A stretch of DNA of 64,000 bases, from positions 99,440 to 163,439 of the forward strand of contig MU008225.1 of NCBI GenBank assembly GCA_010909165.1, written 5' to 3'. Of the stretch, positions 39,573-54,500 are shown piece by piece. The notes below the pieces were generated by a model, which did not search any database, had not been told where the DNA came from, and saw nothing but the letters and a program-made list of their open reading frames with translations. Made by a program: the position numbers and the translations under genes. The number at the start of each line of letters is the position of its first letter. Position 1 is the first letter of the stretch. Source of the DNA: Anthoceros angustus. Its lineage: Eukaryota; Plantae; Anthocerotophyta.

Positions 39573-40236
39573 ACGTGTACCAAGGGCGTCCACGTGGAGC
39601 AACACGTGCTGGCATCCGCCTTGGCCGCCGGCAGCCCGGGCCCCCGAGGGGTCATTCTTTGTGACGGCGTGTGTGTGTGACGTTTTGTGGGGCCCGGGGT
39701 CATTCTTTGTGACGGCGTGTGTGTGTGACGTTTTGTTGAGGGTGATAAAAGTGGAGGCGGAAATGCCTTGAAGAAAGGGTGATAAAAGTGGAGGGTGGGG
39801 CAGAAATGCCTTGAATAAAGAAAGGTGATACAAGTGGAGGGTGGGGCGGAAATGCCTTGAATAAAGGGTGATAAAAGTGGAGGCGGGACATGAAATACTT
39901 TGAATAAAGGGTGATAAAAGTGGAGGGTGATTGGATTATGTAGGCAATAAACGGGTGATTGGATTATGTAGGCAATAAATGGGTGATTGAATTATGTAGG
40001 CAGCAAAAGGTACTTCAATTCTCTAGGATCAGCAAATGGTGATTCAATTCTCTAGGAATGAGCTGGGTTTGGGTGCCATATAGTGTGTGATGTAGGGAGG
40101 AAGTAGGAGTTGGGTTTGGGTTTCATTTTATTTATTCATAGGCATGGATTTTATTCATAGAGGTGAGGTGTGTGATGTGGGCAGGGACATGGGAGTTGGG
40201 TTTTGTTTTATCCATGAAGCTTCAAAGAGGAGAGAA

Positions 40237-40349
40237 AGGGTGCAGCACCGGACTTCCGGAGGTCACCCATCCCAAGACTGATCCGCCCAAGGGCGCTTAA
40301 CTGCGGAGTTCTGATGGGATCCGGTGTAGTAGCCTGGTATGACCGCACC
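40237..40349 (-). rRNA. 5S rRNA: 5S rRNA copy
   Basis: Co-linear with the intact copy; small indels. Confidence 0.8.
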
Positions 40350-41004
40350 ACGTGTACCAAGGGCGTCCACGTGGACCAACACGTGCTGGCATCCGCCTTG
40401 GCCGGCAGCCGGCCCCGAGGGTCATTCTTTGTGACGGCGTGTGTGTGACGTTTGTGGGGCCCGGGTCATTCTTTGTGACGGCGTGTGTGTGTGGCTTTGT
40501 TGAGGGTGATAAAAGTGGAGGCGCGCAGAAATGCCTTGAAGAAAGGGTGATAAAAGTGGAGGGTGGGCAGGAAATGCCTTGAATAAAGAAAGGGTGATAC
40601 AAGTGGAGGGTGGGGCGGAAATGCCTTGAATAAAGGGTGATAAAAGTGGAGGCGGGACATGAAATACTTTGAATAAAGGGTGATAAAAGTGGAGGGTGAT
40701 TGGATTATGTAGGCAATAAACGGGTGATTGGATTATGTAGGCAATAAATGGGTGATTGAATTATGTAGGCAGCAAAAGGTACTTCAATTCTCTAGGATCA
40801 GCAAATGGTGATTCAATTCTCTAGGAATGAGCTGGGTTTGGGTGCCATATAGTGTGTGATGTAGGGAGGGAAGTAGGAGTTGGGTTTGGGTTTCATTTTA
40901 TTCATAGGCATGGATTTTATTCATAGAGGTGTGAGGTGTGTGATGTGGCAGGGACATGGGAGTTGGGTTTTGTTTTATCCATGAAGCTTTCAAAGAGGAG
41001 AGAA

Positions 41005-41117
41005 AGGGTGCAAAGACCGGACTTCCGGAGGTCACCCATCCCAAGATCGATCCGCCCAAGGGCGCTTAACTGCGGAGTTCGATGGGATCCGGTGTAGTAG
41101 CCTGGTATGACCGCACC
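41005..41117 (-). rRNA. 5S rRNA: 5S rRNA copy
   Basis: Co-linear with the intact copy; small indels and substitutions. Confidence 0.8.
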
Positions 41118-41758
41118 ACGTGTACCAAGGGCGTCCACGTGGAGCAACACGTGCTGGCATCCGCCTTGGCCGGCAGCCGCCCCGAGGGTCATTCTTTGTG
41201 ACAGGCGTGTGTGTGTGACGTTTGTGGGGCCGGGTCATTCTTTGTGACGGCGTGTGTGTGTGACGTTTTGTTGAGGTGATAAAAGTGGAGGGTGATAAAA
41301 GTGGAGGGTGATAAAAGTGGAGGGTGGGGCAGAAATGCCTTGAATAAAGAAAGGTGATACAAGTGGAGGTGGGGCGAAATGCCTTGAATAAAGGGTGATA
41401 AAAGTGGAGGCAGGACATGAAATACTTTGAATAAAGGGTGATAAAAGTGGAGGTGATTGGATTATAGGCAATAAGCGGGTGATTGGATTATGTAGGCAAT
41501 AAATGGGTGATTGAATTATGTAGGCAAAAGGTACTTCAATTCTCTAGGATCAGCAAATGGTGATTCAATTCTCTAGGAATGAGCCGGGTTTGGGTGCCAT
41601 ATAGTGTGTGATGTAGGGAGGAAGTAGGAGTTGGTTTGGGTTTCATTTTATTTATTCATAGGCATGGATTTTATTCATAGAGGTGTGAGGTGTGTGATGT
41701 GGGCGGGACATGGGAGTTGGGTTTTGTTTTATCCATGAAGCTTTCAAAGAGGAGAGAA

Positions 41759-41867
41759 AGGGTGCAGACCGGACTTCCGGAGGTCACCATCCCAGACTGA
41801 TCCGGCCCAAGGGCGCTTAACTGCGGAGTTGATGGGATCCGGTGTAGTAGCCTGGTATGACCGCACC
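41759..41867 (-). rRNA. 5S rRNA: 5S rRNA copy (about 30 further, increasingly noisy copies follow at ~0.73-kb spacing from ~43180 to ~63720)
   Basis: Co-linear with the intact copy; small indels. Confidence 0.8.
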
Positions 41868-42432
41868 ACGTGTACCAAGGCGTCCACGTGGACCAACACG
41901 TGCTGGCATCCGCCTTGGCAGCCCGGCCCCGAGGTCATTCTTGTGACGGTGTGTGTGACGTGTGTGTGTGACGTTTTGTTGAGGTGATAAAAGTGGAGGT
42001 GTGTGTGACGCTTTGTTGAGGGTGATAAAAGTGGAGGCGGGACATGAAATACTTTGAATAAAGGGTGATAAAAGTGGAGGGTGGGGCGAAATGCCTTGAA
42101 TAAAGAAAGGGTGATACAAGTGGAGGGTGGGGAAATGCCTTGAATAAAGGTGATAAAAGTGGAGGCGGGACATGAAATACTTTGAATAAAGGGTGATAAA
42201 AGTGGAGGGTGATTGGATTATGTAGGCAATAAACGGGTGATTGGATTATGTAGGCAATAAATGGGTGATTGAATTATGTAGGCAGCAAAAGGTACTTCAA
42301 TTCTCTAGGATCGGCTTTAGCCATCGCTGATTCCTATTCGTATCTGCAGTCTACATGGGGTGCGTATAGAAGAGGTCGTAATCCGACGACATAAGCGGTG
42401 GAATGCGTTCGCCCAATTGCGGAAACAAAGGC

Positions 42433-42596
42433 TGGGGCCCTTTCCTCACCATTGACGGCCAGCACCATACCCAAGTAGCGCAAGCAACCACGGCCCCAAA
42501 AGAACACCACTATTAAGCGCCCTCGCCCTCGATCAGACCTGGGATGGGTGTCCTTACATCATCTACTACATAGTACAAAGCCTTAGCCTTAGCCTT
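42433..42596 (+). mobile_element. 5S-derived inverted element, copy 3 (full length), preceded by ~110 bp of unique sequence that interrupts a spacer
   Basis: Matches 36137-36300. The upstream sequence 42313-42423 is not found elsewhere in the window. Confidence 0.55.
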
Positions 42597-45500
42597 GGCC
42601 GCCGGCAGCCGACCCCGGTCATTCTTTGTGACGCGTGTGTGTGTGACGTTTGTGGGGCCCGGGTCATTCTTTGTGACGGCGTGTGTGTGTGTGGCGTTTT
42701 GTTGAGGTGATAAAAGTGAGGCGGAAATGCCTTGAAGAAAGGGTGATAAAAGTGGAGGTGGGGCAGAAATGCCTTGAATAAAGGGTGATACAAGTGGAGG
42801 GTGGGCGGAAATGCCTTGAATAAAGGGTGATAAAAGTGGAGGCGGGACATGAAATACTTTGAATAAAGGTGATAAAAGTGGAGGGTGATTATGTAGGCAA
42901 TAAGCGGGTGATTGGATTATGTAGGCAATAAATGGGTGATTGAATTATGTAGGCAAAAGGTACTTCAATTCTCTAGGATCAGCAAATGGTGATTCAATTT
43001 CTAGGAATGAGCCGGGTTTGGGTGCCATATAGTGTGTGATGTAGGGAGGAAGTAGGAGTTGGGTTTGGGTTTCATTTTATTTATTCATAGGCATGGATTT
43101 TATTCATAGAGGTGTGAGGTGTGATGTGGGCGGGACATGGAGTTGGGTTTTGTTTTATCCATGAAGCTTTCAAAGAGGAGAGAAAGGGTGCAGACCGGAC
43201 TTCCCGGAGGTCACCCATCCCAGACTGATCCGCCCAAGGGCGCTTAACTGCGGAGTTCTGATGGGATCCCACAGTATGACCGCACCACGTACCAAGGGCG
43301 TCCACGTGAGCAACACGTCGGCATCCGCCTGCCCCGAGGTCATTCTTTGTGACGCGTGTGTGTGTGGCTTGTGGGGCCCGGGTCATTCTTTGACGGCGTG
43401 TGTGTGTGACGCTTGTTGAGGGTGATAAAAGTGGAGGGCGGCAGAAATGCCTTGAAGAAAGGGTGATAAAAGTGGAGGGTGGGGCAGAAATGCCTTGAAT
43501 AAAGAAAGGGTGATACAAGTGGAGGGTGGGGCGAAATGCCTTGAATAAAGGGTGATAAAAGTGGAGGCGACATGAAATACTTTGAATAAAGGGTGATAAA
43601 AGTGGAGGGTGATTGGATTATGTAGGCAATAAACGGGTGATTGGATTATGTAGGCAATAAATGGGTGATTGAATTATGTAGGCAGCAAAAGGTACTTCAA
43701 TTCTCTAGGATCAGCAAATGGTGATTCAATTTCTAGGAATGAGCTGGGTTTGGGTGCCATATAGTGTGTGATGTAGGGAGGAAGTAGGAGTTGGGTTTGG
43801 GTTTCATTTTATTTATTCATAGGCATGGATTTTATTCATAGAGGTGTGAGGTGTGTGATGTGGGCAGGGACATGGGAGTTGGGTTTTGTTTTATCCATGA
43901 AGCTTTCAAAGAGGAGAAAGGGTGCACCGGACTTCCGGAGGTCACCCATCCCAAGATCGATCCGCCAAGGGCGCTTAACTGAGTTCTGATGGGATCCGGT
44001 GTAGTAGCCCGGTATGACCGCACCACGTGTACCAAGGCGTCCACGTGGAGCAACACGTCTTGGCATCCGCCTTGGCCGCCGGCAGCCGGTCATTCTTTGT
44101 GACGCGTGTGTGTGTGGCTTGTGGGGCCCGGGTCATTCTTTGACGGCGTGTGTGTGTGACGCTTGTTGAGGGTGATAAAAGTGGAGGGCGGCAGAAATGC
44201 CTTGAAGAAAGGGTGATAAAAGTGGAGGGTGGGGCAGAAATGCCTTGAATAAAGAAAGGGTGATACAAGTGGAGGGTGGGGCGAAATGCCTTGAATAAAG
44301 GGTGATAAAAGTGGAGGCGACATGAAATACTTTGAATAAAGGGTGATAAAAGTGGAGGGTGATTGGATTATGTAGGCAATAAACGGGTGATTGGATTATG
44401 TAGGCAATAAATGGGTGATTGAATTATGTAGGCAGCAAAAGGTACTTCAATTCTCTAGGATCAGCAAATGGTGATTCAATTTCTAGGAATGAGCTGGGTT
44501 TGGGTGCCATATAGTGTGTGATGTAGGGAGGAAGTAGGAGTTGGGTTTGGGTTTCATTTTATTTATTCATAGGCATGGATTTTATTCATAGAGGTGTGAG
44601 GTGTGTGATGTGGGCAGGGACATGGGAGTTGGGTTTTGTTTTATCCATGAAGCTTTCAAAGAGGAGAGAAAGGGTGCAGACCGGACTTCCGGAGGTCACC
44701 CATCCCAAGATCGATCCGGCCCAAGGGCGCTTAACTGCGGAGTTCGATGGGATCCGGTATGACCGCACCACGTGTACCAAGGGCGTCCACGTGGAGCAAC
44801 ACGTCTTGTATGTAACGCATAAGCCCCAGTCATTCTTTGTGACGTGTGTGACGTTTTGTGGGGCCGGTCATTCTTTGTGACGCGTGTGTGTGTGACGCTT
44901 GTTGAGGGTGATAAAAGTGGAGGCGCAGAAATGCCTTGAAGAAAGGGTGATAAAAGTGGAGGTGGGCAGGAAATGCCTTGAATAAAGAAAGGGTGATACA
45001 AGTGGAGGGTGGGGCGGAAATGCCTTGAATAAAGGGTGATAAAAGTGAGGGCGCAGAAATGCCTTGAATAAAGGGTGATAAAAGTGAGGTGATTGGATTA
45101 TGTAGGCAATAAACGGGTGATTGATTATGTAGGCAATAAATGGGTGATTGAATTATGTAGGCAGCAAAAGGTACTTCAATTTCTAGGATCAGCAAATGGT
45201 GATTCAATTTCTAGGAATGAGCCGGGTTTGGGTGCCATAGTGTGTGATGTAGGGAGGAAGTAGAGTTGGGTTTCATTTTATTTATTCATAGCATGGATTT
45301 TATTCATAGAGGTGAGGTGTGTGATGTGGCAGACATGGGAGTTGGGTTTTGTTTTATCCATGAAGCTTCAAAGAGGAGAGAAAGGGTGCAGGGACTTCCC
45401 GGAGGTCACCCATCCCAACTGATCCGCCCAAGGGCGCTTAACTGCGGAGTTCTGATGGGATCCGGTGTAGTAGCGTGACCGCACCACGTACCAAGGGCGC

Positions 45501-48500
45501 CCACGTGGAGCAACACGTCGGCATCCGCCTTGGCCGCCGGCAGCCTGCCCCGAGGGTCATTCTTTGTGACGCGTGTGTGTGACGTTTTGTGGGGCCCGGT
45601 CATTCTTTGTGACGGCGTGTGTGTGTGGCTTTGTTGAGGGTGATAAAAGTGATAAAAGTGGAGGGCGAAATGCCTTGAAGAAAGGGTGATAAAAGTGGAG
45701 GGTGGGGCAGAAATGCCTTGAATAAAGAAAGGGTGATACAAGTGGAGGGTGGGGCGGAAATGCCTTGAATAAAGGGTGATAAAAGTGGAGGCGGGACATG
45801 AAATACTTTGAATAAAGGGTGATAAAAGTGGAGGGTGATTGGATTATGTAGGCAATAAACGGTGATTGGATTATGTAGGCAATAAATGGGTGATTGAATT
45901 ATGTAGGCAGCAAAAGGTACTTCAATTCTCTAGGATCAGCAAATGGTGATTCAATTCTCTAGGAATGAGCTGGGTTTGGGTGCCATAGTGTGTGATGTGG
46001 GAGGAAGTAGGAGTTGGGTTTGGGTTTCATTTTATTTATTCATAGGCATGGATTTTATTCATAGTGTGTGTGTGTGATGTGGGGACATGGGAGTTGGGTT
46101 TTGTTTTATCCATGAAGCTTTCAAAGAGGAGAAAGGGTGCAGACCGGACTTCCCGGAGGTCACCCATCCCAACTGATCCGCCCAAGGGCGCTTAACTGCG
46201 GAGTTCTGATGGGATCCCACAGTATGACCGCACCACGTGTACCAAGGGCGCCCACGTGGAGCAACACGTCGGCATCCGCCTTGGCCGGCAGCCCGGCCCC
46301 GAGGGTCATTCTTGTGACGTGTGTGTGACGTTTTGTGGGGCCGGGTCATTCTTTGTGACGTGTGTGTGTGGCTTTGTTGAGGGTGATAAAAGTGGAGGCG
46401 CAGAAATGCCTTGAAGAAAGGGTGATAAAAGTGGAGGTGGGGCAGAAATGCCTTGAATAAAGAAAGGGTGATACAAGTGGAGGGTGGGGCGGAAATGCCT
46501 TGAATAAAGGGTGATAAAAGTGGAGGCGGACATGAAATACTTTGAATAAAGGGTGATAAAAGTGGAGGGTGATTGGATTATGTAGGCAATAAACGGGTGA
46601 TTGGATTATGTAGGCAATAAATGGGTGATTGAATTATGTAGGCAAAAGGTACTTCAATTCTCTAGGATCAGCAAATGGTGATTCAATTCTCTAGGAATGA
46701 GCCGGGTTTGGGTGCCATATAGTGTGTGATGTAGGGAGGAAGTAGGAGTTGGGTTTGGGTTTCATTTTATTTATTCATAGGCATGGATTTTATTCATAGA
46801 GGTGTGAGGTGTGTGATGTGGGGACATGGGAGTTGGGTTTTGTTTTATCCATGAAGCTTTCAAGAGAAAGGGTGCAGACCGGACTTCGGAGGTCACCCAT
46901 CCCAAGATCGATCCGCCCAAGGCGCTTAACTGGAGTTCGATGGGATCCGTGTAGTAGCCTGGTGACCGCACCACGTGTACCAAGGGCGTCCACGTGGACC
47001 AACACGTGCTGGCATCCGCCTTGGCCGGCAGCCTGCCCCGAGGGTCATTCTTTGTGACGCGTGTGTGTGTGGCGTTTTGTGGGGCCCGGTCATTCTTGTG
47101 ACGGCGTGTGTGTGTGACGCTTTGTTGAGGTGATAAAAGTGGAGGCGCAGAAATGCCTTGAAGAAGGGTGATAAAAGTGGAGGGTGGGGGAAATGCCTTG
47201 AATAAAGAAAGGGTGATACAAGTGGAGGGTGGGGCGGAAATGCCTTGAATAAAGGGTGATAAAAGTGGAGGCAGGACATGAAATACTTTGAATAAAGGGT
47301 GATAAAAGTGGAGGTGATTGGATTATGTAGGCAATAAATGGGTGATTGGATTATGTAGGCAAAAGGTACTTCAATTCTCTAGGATCAGCAAATGGTGATT
47401 CAATTCTCTAGGAATGAGCTGGGTTTGGGTGCCATATAGTGTGTGATGTGGGAGGAAGTAGGAGTTGGGTTTGGGTTTCATTTTATTTATTCAGGCATGG
47501 ATTTTATTCATAGAGGTGTGAGGTGTGTGATGTGGGCGGGACATGGGAGTTGGGTTTTGTTTTATCCATGAAGCTTCAAAGAGGAGAAAGGGTGCAGACC
47601 GGACTTCCGGAGGTCACCCATCCCAACTGATCCGCCCAAGGGCGCTTAACTGCGGAGTTCTGATGGGATCCGGTGTAGTAGCCTGGTGACCGCACCACGT
47701 ACCAAGGGCGCCCACGTGTACCAAGGGCGTCACGTGACGGCGTGTGTGTGTGGCTTTGTGGGGCCCGGGTCATTCTTTGTGACGCGTGTGTGTGACGCTT
47801 TGTTGAGGGTGATAAAAGTGGAGGCGCAGAAATGCCTTGAAGAAAGGGTGATAAAAGTGGAGGTGGGGCAGAAATGCCTTGAATAAAGAAAGGGTGATAC
47901 AAGTGGAGGGTGGGGGAAATGCCTTGAATAAAGGGTGATAAAAGTGGAGGCGACATGAAATACTTTGAATAAAGGGTGATAAAAGTGGAGGGTGATTGGA
48001 TTATGTAGGCAATAAACGGTGATTGGATTATGTAGGCAATAAATGGGTGATTGAATTATGTAGGCAGCAAAAGGTACTTCAATTCTCTAGGATCAAATGG
48101 TGATTCAATTCTCTAGGAATGAGCTGGGTTTGGGTGCCATAGTGTGTGATGTAGGGAGGAAGTAGGAGTTGGGTTTGGGTTTCATTTTATTTATTCATAG
48201 GCATGGATTTTATTCATAGAGGTGTGAGGTGTGTGATGTGGGCAGGGACATGGGAGTTGGGTTTTGTTTTATCCATGAAGCTTTCAAAGAGGAGAGAAAG
48301 GGTGCAGCACCGACTTCCGGAGGTCACCCATCCCAAGATCGATCCGCCGGGCGCTTAACTGGAGTTCTGATGGGATCCGGTGTAGTAGCCCTGGTATGAC
48401 CGCACCACGTGTACCAAGGGCGTCCACGTGGACCAACACGTCGGCATCCTTGGCCGGCAGCCCGAGGTCATTCTTTGTGACGGCGTGTGTGGCGTTTGTG

Positions 48501-51500
48501 GGGCCCGGGTCATTCTTTGTGACGCGTGTGTGTGTGGCTTTGTTGAGGGTGATAAAAGTGGAGGCGGACATGAAATACTTTGAATAAAGGGTGATAAAAG
48601 TGGAGGGTGGGGCGAAATGCCTTGAATAAAGAAAGGGTGATACAAGTGGAGGTGGGGAAGGAAATGCCTTGAATAAAGGGTGATAAAAGTGGAGGCGGAC
48701 ATGAAATACTTTGAATAAAGGTGATAAAAGTGGAGGGTGATTGGATTATGTAGGCAATAAACGGGTGATTGGATTATGTAGGCAATAAATGGGTGATTGA
48801 ATTATGTAGGCAAAAGGTACTTCAATTTCTAGGATCAGCAAATGGTGATTCAATTTCTAGGAATGAAATGGGTTTGGGTGCCATATAGTGTGTGATGTAG
48901 GGAGGAAGTAGGAGTTGGGTTTGGGTTTCATTTTATTTATTCATAGGCATGGATTTTATTCATAGAGGTGTGAGGTGTGTGATGTGGGGGACATGGGAGT
49001 TGGGTTTTGTTTTATCCATGAAGCTTTCAAGAGGAGAGAAAAGGGTGCAAGGACTTCGGAGGTCACCCATCCCGATCGATCCGCCCAAAATGCTGAGTTC
49101 GATGGGATCCGGTGTAGTAGCCCTGCGTGTGCAAGAGCACGTGGAGCAACACGTCGGCATCCTTGGCCGCCGGCAGCCCGAGGGTCATTCTTTGTGACGT
49201 GTGTGTGGCGTTTGTGGGGCCGGGTCATTCTTTGTGACGTGTGTGTGTGACGTTTTGTTGAGGGTGATAAAAGTGGAGGCGCAGAAATGCCTTGAAGAAA
49301 GGGTGATAAAAGTGGAGGGTGGGGCGAAATGCCTTGAATAAAGAAAGGGTGATACAAGTGGAGGGTGGGGCGAAATGCCTTGAATAAAGGGTGATAAAAG
49401 TGGGCGGACATGAAATACTTTGAATAAAGGGTGATAAAAGTGGAGGGTGATTGGATTATGTAGGCAATAAGGGTGATTGGATTATGTAGGCAATAAATGG
49501 GTGATTGAATTATGTAGGCAGCAAAAGGTACTTCTCTAGGATCAGCAAATGGTGATTCAATTCTCTAGGAATGAGCTGGGTTTGGTGCCATATAGTGTGT
49601 GTGATGTAGGGAGGAAGTAGGAGTTGGGTTTGGGTTTCATTTTATTTATTCATAGCGATTTATTCATAGAGGTGTGAGGTGTGTGATGTGGCAGGACATG
49701 GGAGTTGGGTTTGTTTTATCCATGAAGCTTTCAAAGAGGAGAGAAAAGGGTGCAGCACCGGACTTCCGGAGGTCACCCATCGATCGATCCGCCCAAGGGC
49801 GCTTAACTGAGTTGATGGGATCCGGTATGACCGCACCACGTGTACCAAGGGCGTCCACGTGGAGCAACACGTCGGCATCCGCCTTGGCCGCGGCCGAGAC
49901 TAGAGGTCATTCTTTGTACGGCGTGTGTGTGTGGCGTTTGTGGGGCCCGGGTCATTCTTTGTGACGGCGTGTGTGTGTGGCGTTTTGTTGAGGTGATAAA
50001 AGTGGAGGGGCGGAAATGCCTTGAAGAAAGGTGATAAAAGTGGGGTGGGGCGGAAATGCCTTGAATAAAGAAAGGGTGATACAAGTGGAGGGTGGGGGAA
50101 ATGCCTTGAATAAAGGGTGATAAAAGTGGAGGCGGACATGAAATACTTTGAATAAAGGGTGATAAAAGTGGAGGGTGATTGGATTATGTAGGCAATAAAC
50201 GGGTGATTGGATTATGTAGGCAATAAATGGGTGATTGAATTATGTAGGCAGCAAAAGGTACTTCAATTCTCTAGGATCAACAAATGGTGATTCAATTCTC
50301 TAGGAATGAGGGTTTGGGTGCCATAGTGTGTGATGTAGGGAGGAAGTAGGAGTTGGGTTTGGGTTTCATTTTATTTATTCATAGGCATGGATTTTATTCA
50401 TAGAGGTGAGGTGTGTGATGTGGGCAGGGACATGGAGTTGGGTTTGTTTTATCCATGAAGCTTCAAAGAGGAGAGAAAAGGCAGACCGGACTCCGGAGGT
50501 CACCCATCCCAAGACTGATCCGGCCCAAGGGCGCTTAACTGCGGAGTTCGATGGGATCCGTGGTAGCCCAGATGACCGCACCACGTACCAAGGGCGTCCA
50601 CGTGACCACGCGCCGGCATCCGCTTCGCCGGCAGCCTGCCCCGAGGGTCATTCGACTGTGTGTGACGTTTTGTGGGGCCCGGTCATTCTTTGTGACTGTG
50701 TGTGACGTTTTGTTGAGGGTGATAAAAGTGGGGCGCTTGCCTTGAAGAAAGGTGATAAAAGTGGAGCAGAATGCCTTGAATAAAGAAAGGTGATACAAGT
50801 GGAGTGGGCGAAATGCCTTGAATAAAGGTGATAAAAGTGGAGGCAGGACATGAAATACTTTGAATAAAGGGTGATAAAAGTGGAGGGTGATTGGATTATG
50901 TAGGCAATAACGGTGATTGGATTATGTAGGCAATAAATGGGTGATTGAATTATGTAGGCAGCAAAAGGTACTTCAATCTAGGATCAAATGGTGATTCAAT
51001 TCTCTAGGAATGATGGGTTTGGTGCCATAGGTGTGATGTAGGGAGGAAGTAGGAGTTGGGTTTGGGTTTCATTTTATTTATTCATAGGCATGGATTTTAT
51101 TCATAGAGGTGAGGTGTGTGATGTGGGCAGGGACATGGGAGTTGGGTTTTGTTTTATCCATGAAGCAAAGAGGAGAGAAAGGGTGCAGACCGGACTTGAG
51201 GTCACCCATCCAAGATCGATCCGCCCAAGGGCGCTTAATCTTAAGGGGATCCGGTGAAGATGCCGCACCACGTGTACCAAGGGCGTCCACGTGAGCAACA
51301 CGTCGGCATCCGCCTTGCCGCCGGTGGCCCGAGGGTCATTCTGGCGTGTGTGTGTGTGACGCTTAGGGGCCCGGGTCATTCTGTGACGGCGCAGTGTGTG
51401 ACGCTTTGTTGAGGGTGATAAAAGTGGAGGGCGCGCAGAAATGCCTTGAAGAAAGGGTGATAAAAGTGGAGGGTGGGGCAGAAATGCCTTGAATAAAGAA

Positions 51501-54500
51501 AGGGTGATACAAGTGGAGGGTGGGGCGGAAATGCCTTGAATAAAGGGTGATAAAAGTGAGGGCAGACATGAAATACTTTGAATAAAGGGTGATAAAAGTG
51601 AGGGTGATTGGATTATGTAGGCAATAAACGGGTGATTGGATTATGTAGGCAATAAATGGGTGATTGAATTATGTAGGCAGCAAAAGGTACTTCAATTTCT
51701 AGGATCAGCAAATGGTGATTCAATTTCTAGGAATGAGCTGGGTTTGCGCCATAGTGTGTGATGTAGGGAGGAAGTAGGAGTTTTTGGGTTTCATTTTATT
51801 TATTCAAATGGATTTTATTCATAGAGGTGTGAGGTGTGTGATGTGGGCAGGGACATGGGAGTTGGGTTTTGTTTTATCCATGAAGCTTTCAAAGAGGAGA
51901 GAAAGGGTGCAGACCGGACTTGGAGGTCACCCATCCCGATCGATCCGGCCCAAGGGCGCTTAACTGCGGAGTTCTGATGGGATCCGGTAGTAGCCTGGTA
52001 TGACCGCACCACGTGTACCAAGGGCGTCCACGTGGAGCAACACGTCTTGGCATCCTTGGCCATGACCCAGATAGAGGTCATTCTTTGTGACGTGTGTGTG
52101 TGTGACGTTTTGTGGGGCCCGGTCATTCTTTGTGACGGCGTGTGTGTGTGGCTTTGTTGAGGTGATAAAAGTGGAGGCGCAGAAATGCCTTGAAGAAAGG
52201 GTGATAAAAGTGGAGGAGGTGGGGCAGAAATGCCTTGAATAAAGAAAGGGTGATACAAGTGGAGGGTGGGCGGGGCCAGATAAAGGGTGATAAGTGGAGG
52301 CGGACATGAAATACTTTGAAAGGGTGATAAAAGTGGAGGGTGATTAATGTAGGCAAACGGGTGATTGGATTATGTAAATAAATGGGTGATTGAATTATGT
52401 AGGCAGAAAAGGTACAATTTCTAGGATCAGAAATGGTGATTCAATTTAGGAATGAGCTGGTTTGCCATAGTGTGTGATGTAGGGAGGAAGTAGGAGTTGG
52501 GTTTCATTTTATTTATTCATAGGCATGGATTTTATTCATAGAGGTGAGGTGTGATGTGGGAGGACATGGGAGTTGGGTTTTGTTTTATCCATGAAGCAAA
52601 GAGGAGAGAAAAGGTGCACGGACTTCGGAGGTCACCCATCCCAAGACTGATCCGCCCAAGGGCGCTTAACTGCGGAGTTCTGATGGGATCCGTGTAGCTG
52701 AAACCGCACCACGTACCAAGGCGTCCACGTGAGCAACACGTCGGCATCCGCCTTGCCGGCAGCCGGCCCCGAGGGGTCGACGCAGGTGACGCTTGTGGGT
52801 CATTCTTGTGACGCAGGTGTGTGACGTTTTGTTGAGGGTGAAAAGTGGAGGCACAGAAATGCCTTGAAGAAAGGGTGATAAAAGTGGAGGGTGGGGCAGG
52901 AAATGCCTTGAATAAAGAAAGGGTGATACAAGTGGAGGGGAAGGAAATGCCTGAATAAAGGGTGATAAAAGTGGAGGGTGACATGAAATACTTTGAATAA
53001 AGGGTGATAAAAGTGAGGGTGATTGATTATGTAGGCAAACGGGTGATTGGATTATGTAGGCAATAAATGGGTGATTGAATTATGTAGCAGAAAAGGTACT
53101 TCAATTCTAGGATCAGCAAATGGTGATTCAATTTCTAGGAATGAGCTGGGTTTGGTGCCATATAGTGTGATGTAGGGAGGAAGTAGGAGTTGGGTTTGGG
53201 TTTCATTTTATTTATTCAGGCATGGATTTTATTCAGAGGTGGAGGTGATGCAGAGGACATGGAGTTGGGTTTTGTTTTATCCATGAAGCTTAAAGAGGAG
53301 AGAAAGGGTGCAAGACCGATTTCCCGGAGGTCACCCATCCAGACCGATCCGCCCAAGGCGCCAAGATGAGTTCTGATGGGATCCCATGACCGCACCACGT
53401 ACCAAGCCCACGTGAGCAACACGTCGGCATCCGCCTGGCCGGAGAGCTTGCCCAGGGGCCCAGACGGCGTGTGTGACGCAGGGGCCCGGGTCATTTTGTG
53501 ACGGCGTGTGTGACGCTTGTTGAGGTGATAAAAGTGAGGCGCGGCAGAAATGCCTTGAAGAAAGGGTGATAAAAGTGGAGGTGGGGCAGAAATGCCTTGA
53601 ATAAAGAAAGGGTGACAAGTGAGGTGGGCGAAATGCCTTGAATAAAGGGTGATAAAAGTGAGGCGTGACATGAAATACTTGAATAAAGGTGATAAAAGTG
53701 GAGGGTGATTGATTATGTAGGCAATAAACGGTGATTGGATTATGTAAATGGGTGATTGAATTATGTAGGCAAAAGGTACTTCAATTTCTAGGATCAGCAA
53801 ATGGTGATTCAATTCTCTAGGAATGAGGGTTTGGGTGCCATATAGTGTGTGATGTAGGGAGGAAGTAGGAGTTGGGTTTGGGTTTCATTTTATTTATTCA
53901 TAGGCATGGATTTTATTCATAGAGGTGTGAGGTGTGTGATGTGGGCAGGGACATGGGAGTTGGGTTTTGTTTTATCCATGAAGCTTTCAAAGAGGAGAGA
54001 AAGGGTGCAGACCGGACTTCCCGGAGGTCACCATCCAAGATCGATCCGCCCAAGGCGCCGCTGGAGTTGATGGGATCCCACGCCTGGCCGCACCACGTGT
54101 ACAAGGCGTCCACGTGGAGCAACACGTCGGCATCCGCCTTGGCCGGCGGCCGGGCCCCGAGGGTCATTCTTTGTGACAATTGTGACGCGTGTGTGTGTGG
54201 CTTTGTGGGGCCCGGGTCATTCTTTGTGACGTGTGTGTGACGTTTTGTTGAGGGTGATAAAAGTGGGGCGCGGCGAAATGCCTTGAAGAAAGGGTGATAA
54301 AAGTGGAGGGTGGGGCGAAATGCCTTGAATAAAGAAAGGGTGATACAAGTGGAGGGTGGAAATGCCTTGAATAAAGGGTGATAAAAGTGAGGGCGGGGAC
54401 ATGAAATACTTTGAATAAAGGGTGATAAAAGTGGAGGGTGATTGGATTATAGGCAATAAACGGTGATTGGATTATGTAGGCAATAAATGGGTGATTGAAT

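Noticed and set aside
43340-44700. Higher-order repeat suggested by adjacent units sharing identical idiosyncratic variants (also ~59430 and ~60170)
   Set aside because: Shared error-like variants in neighbouring units are more simply explained by the same read or consensus being used twice.
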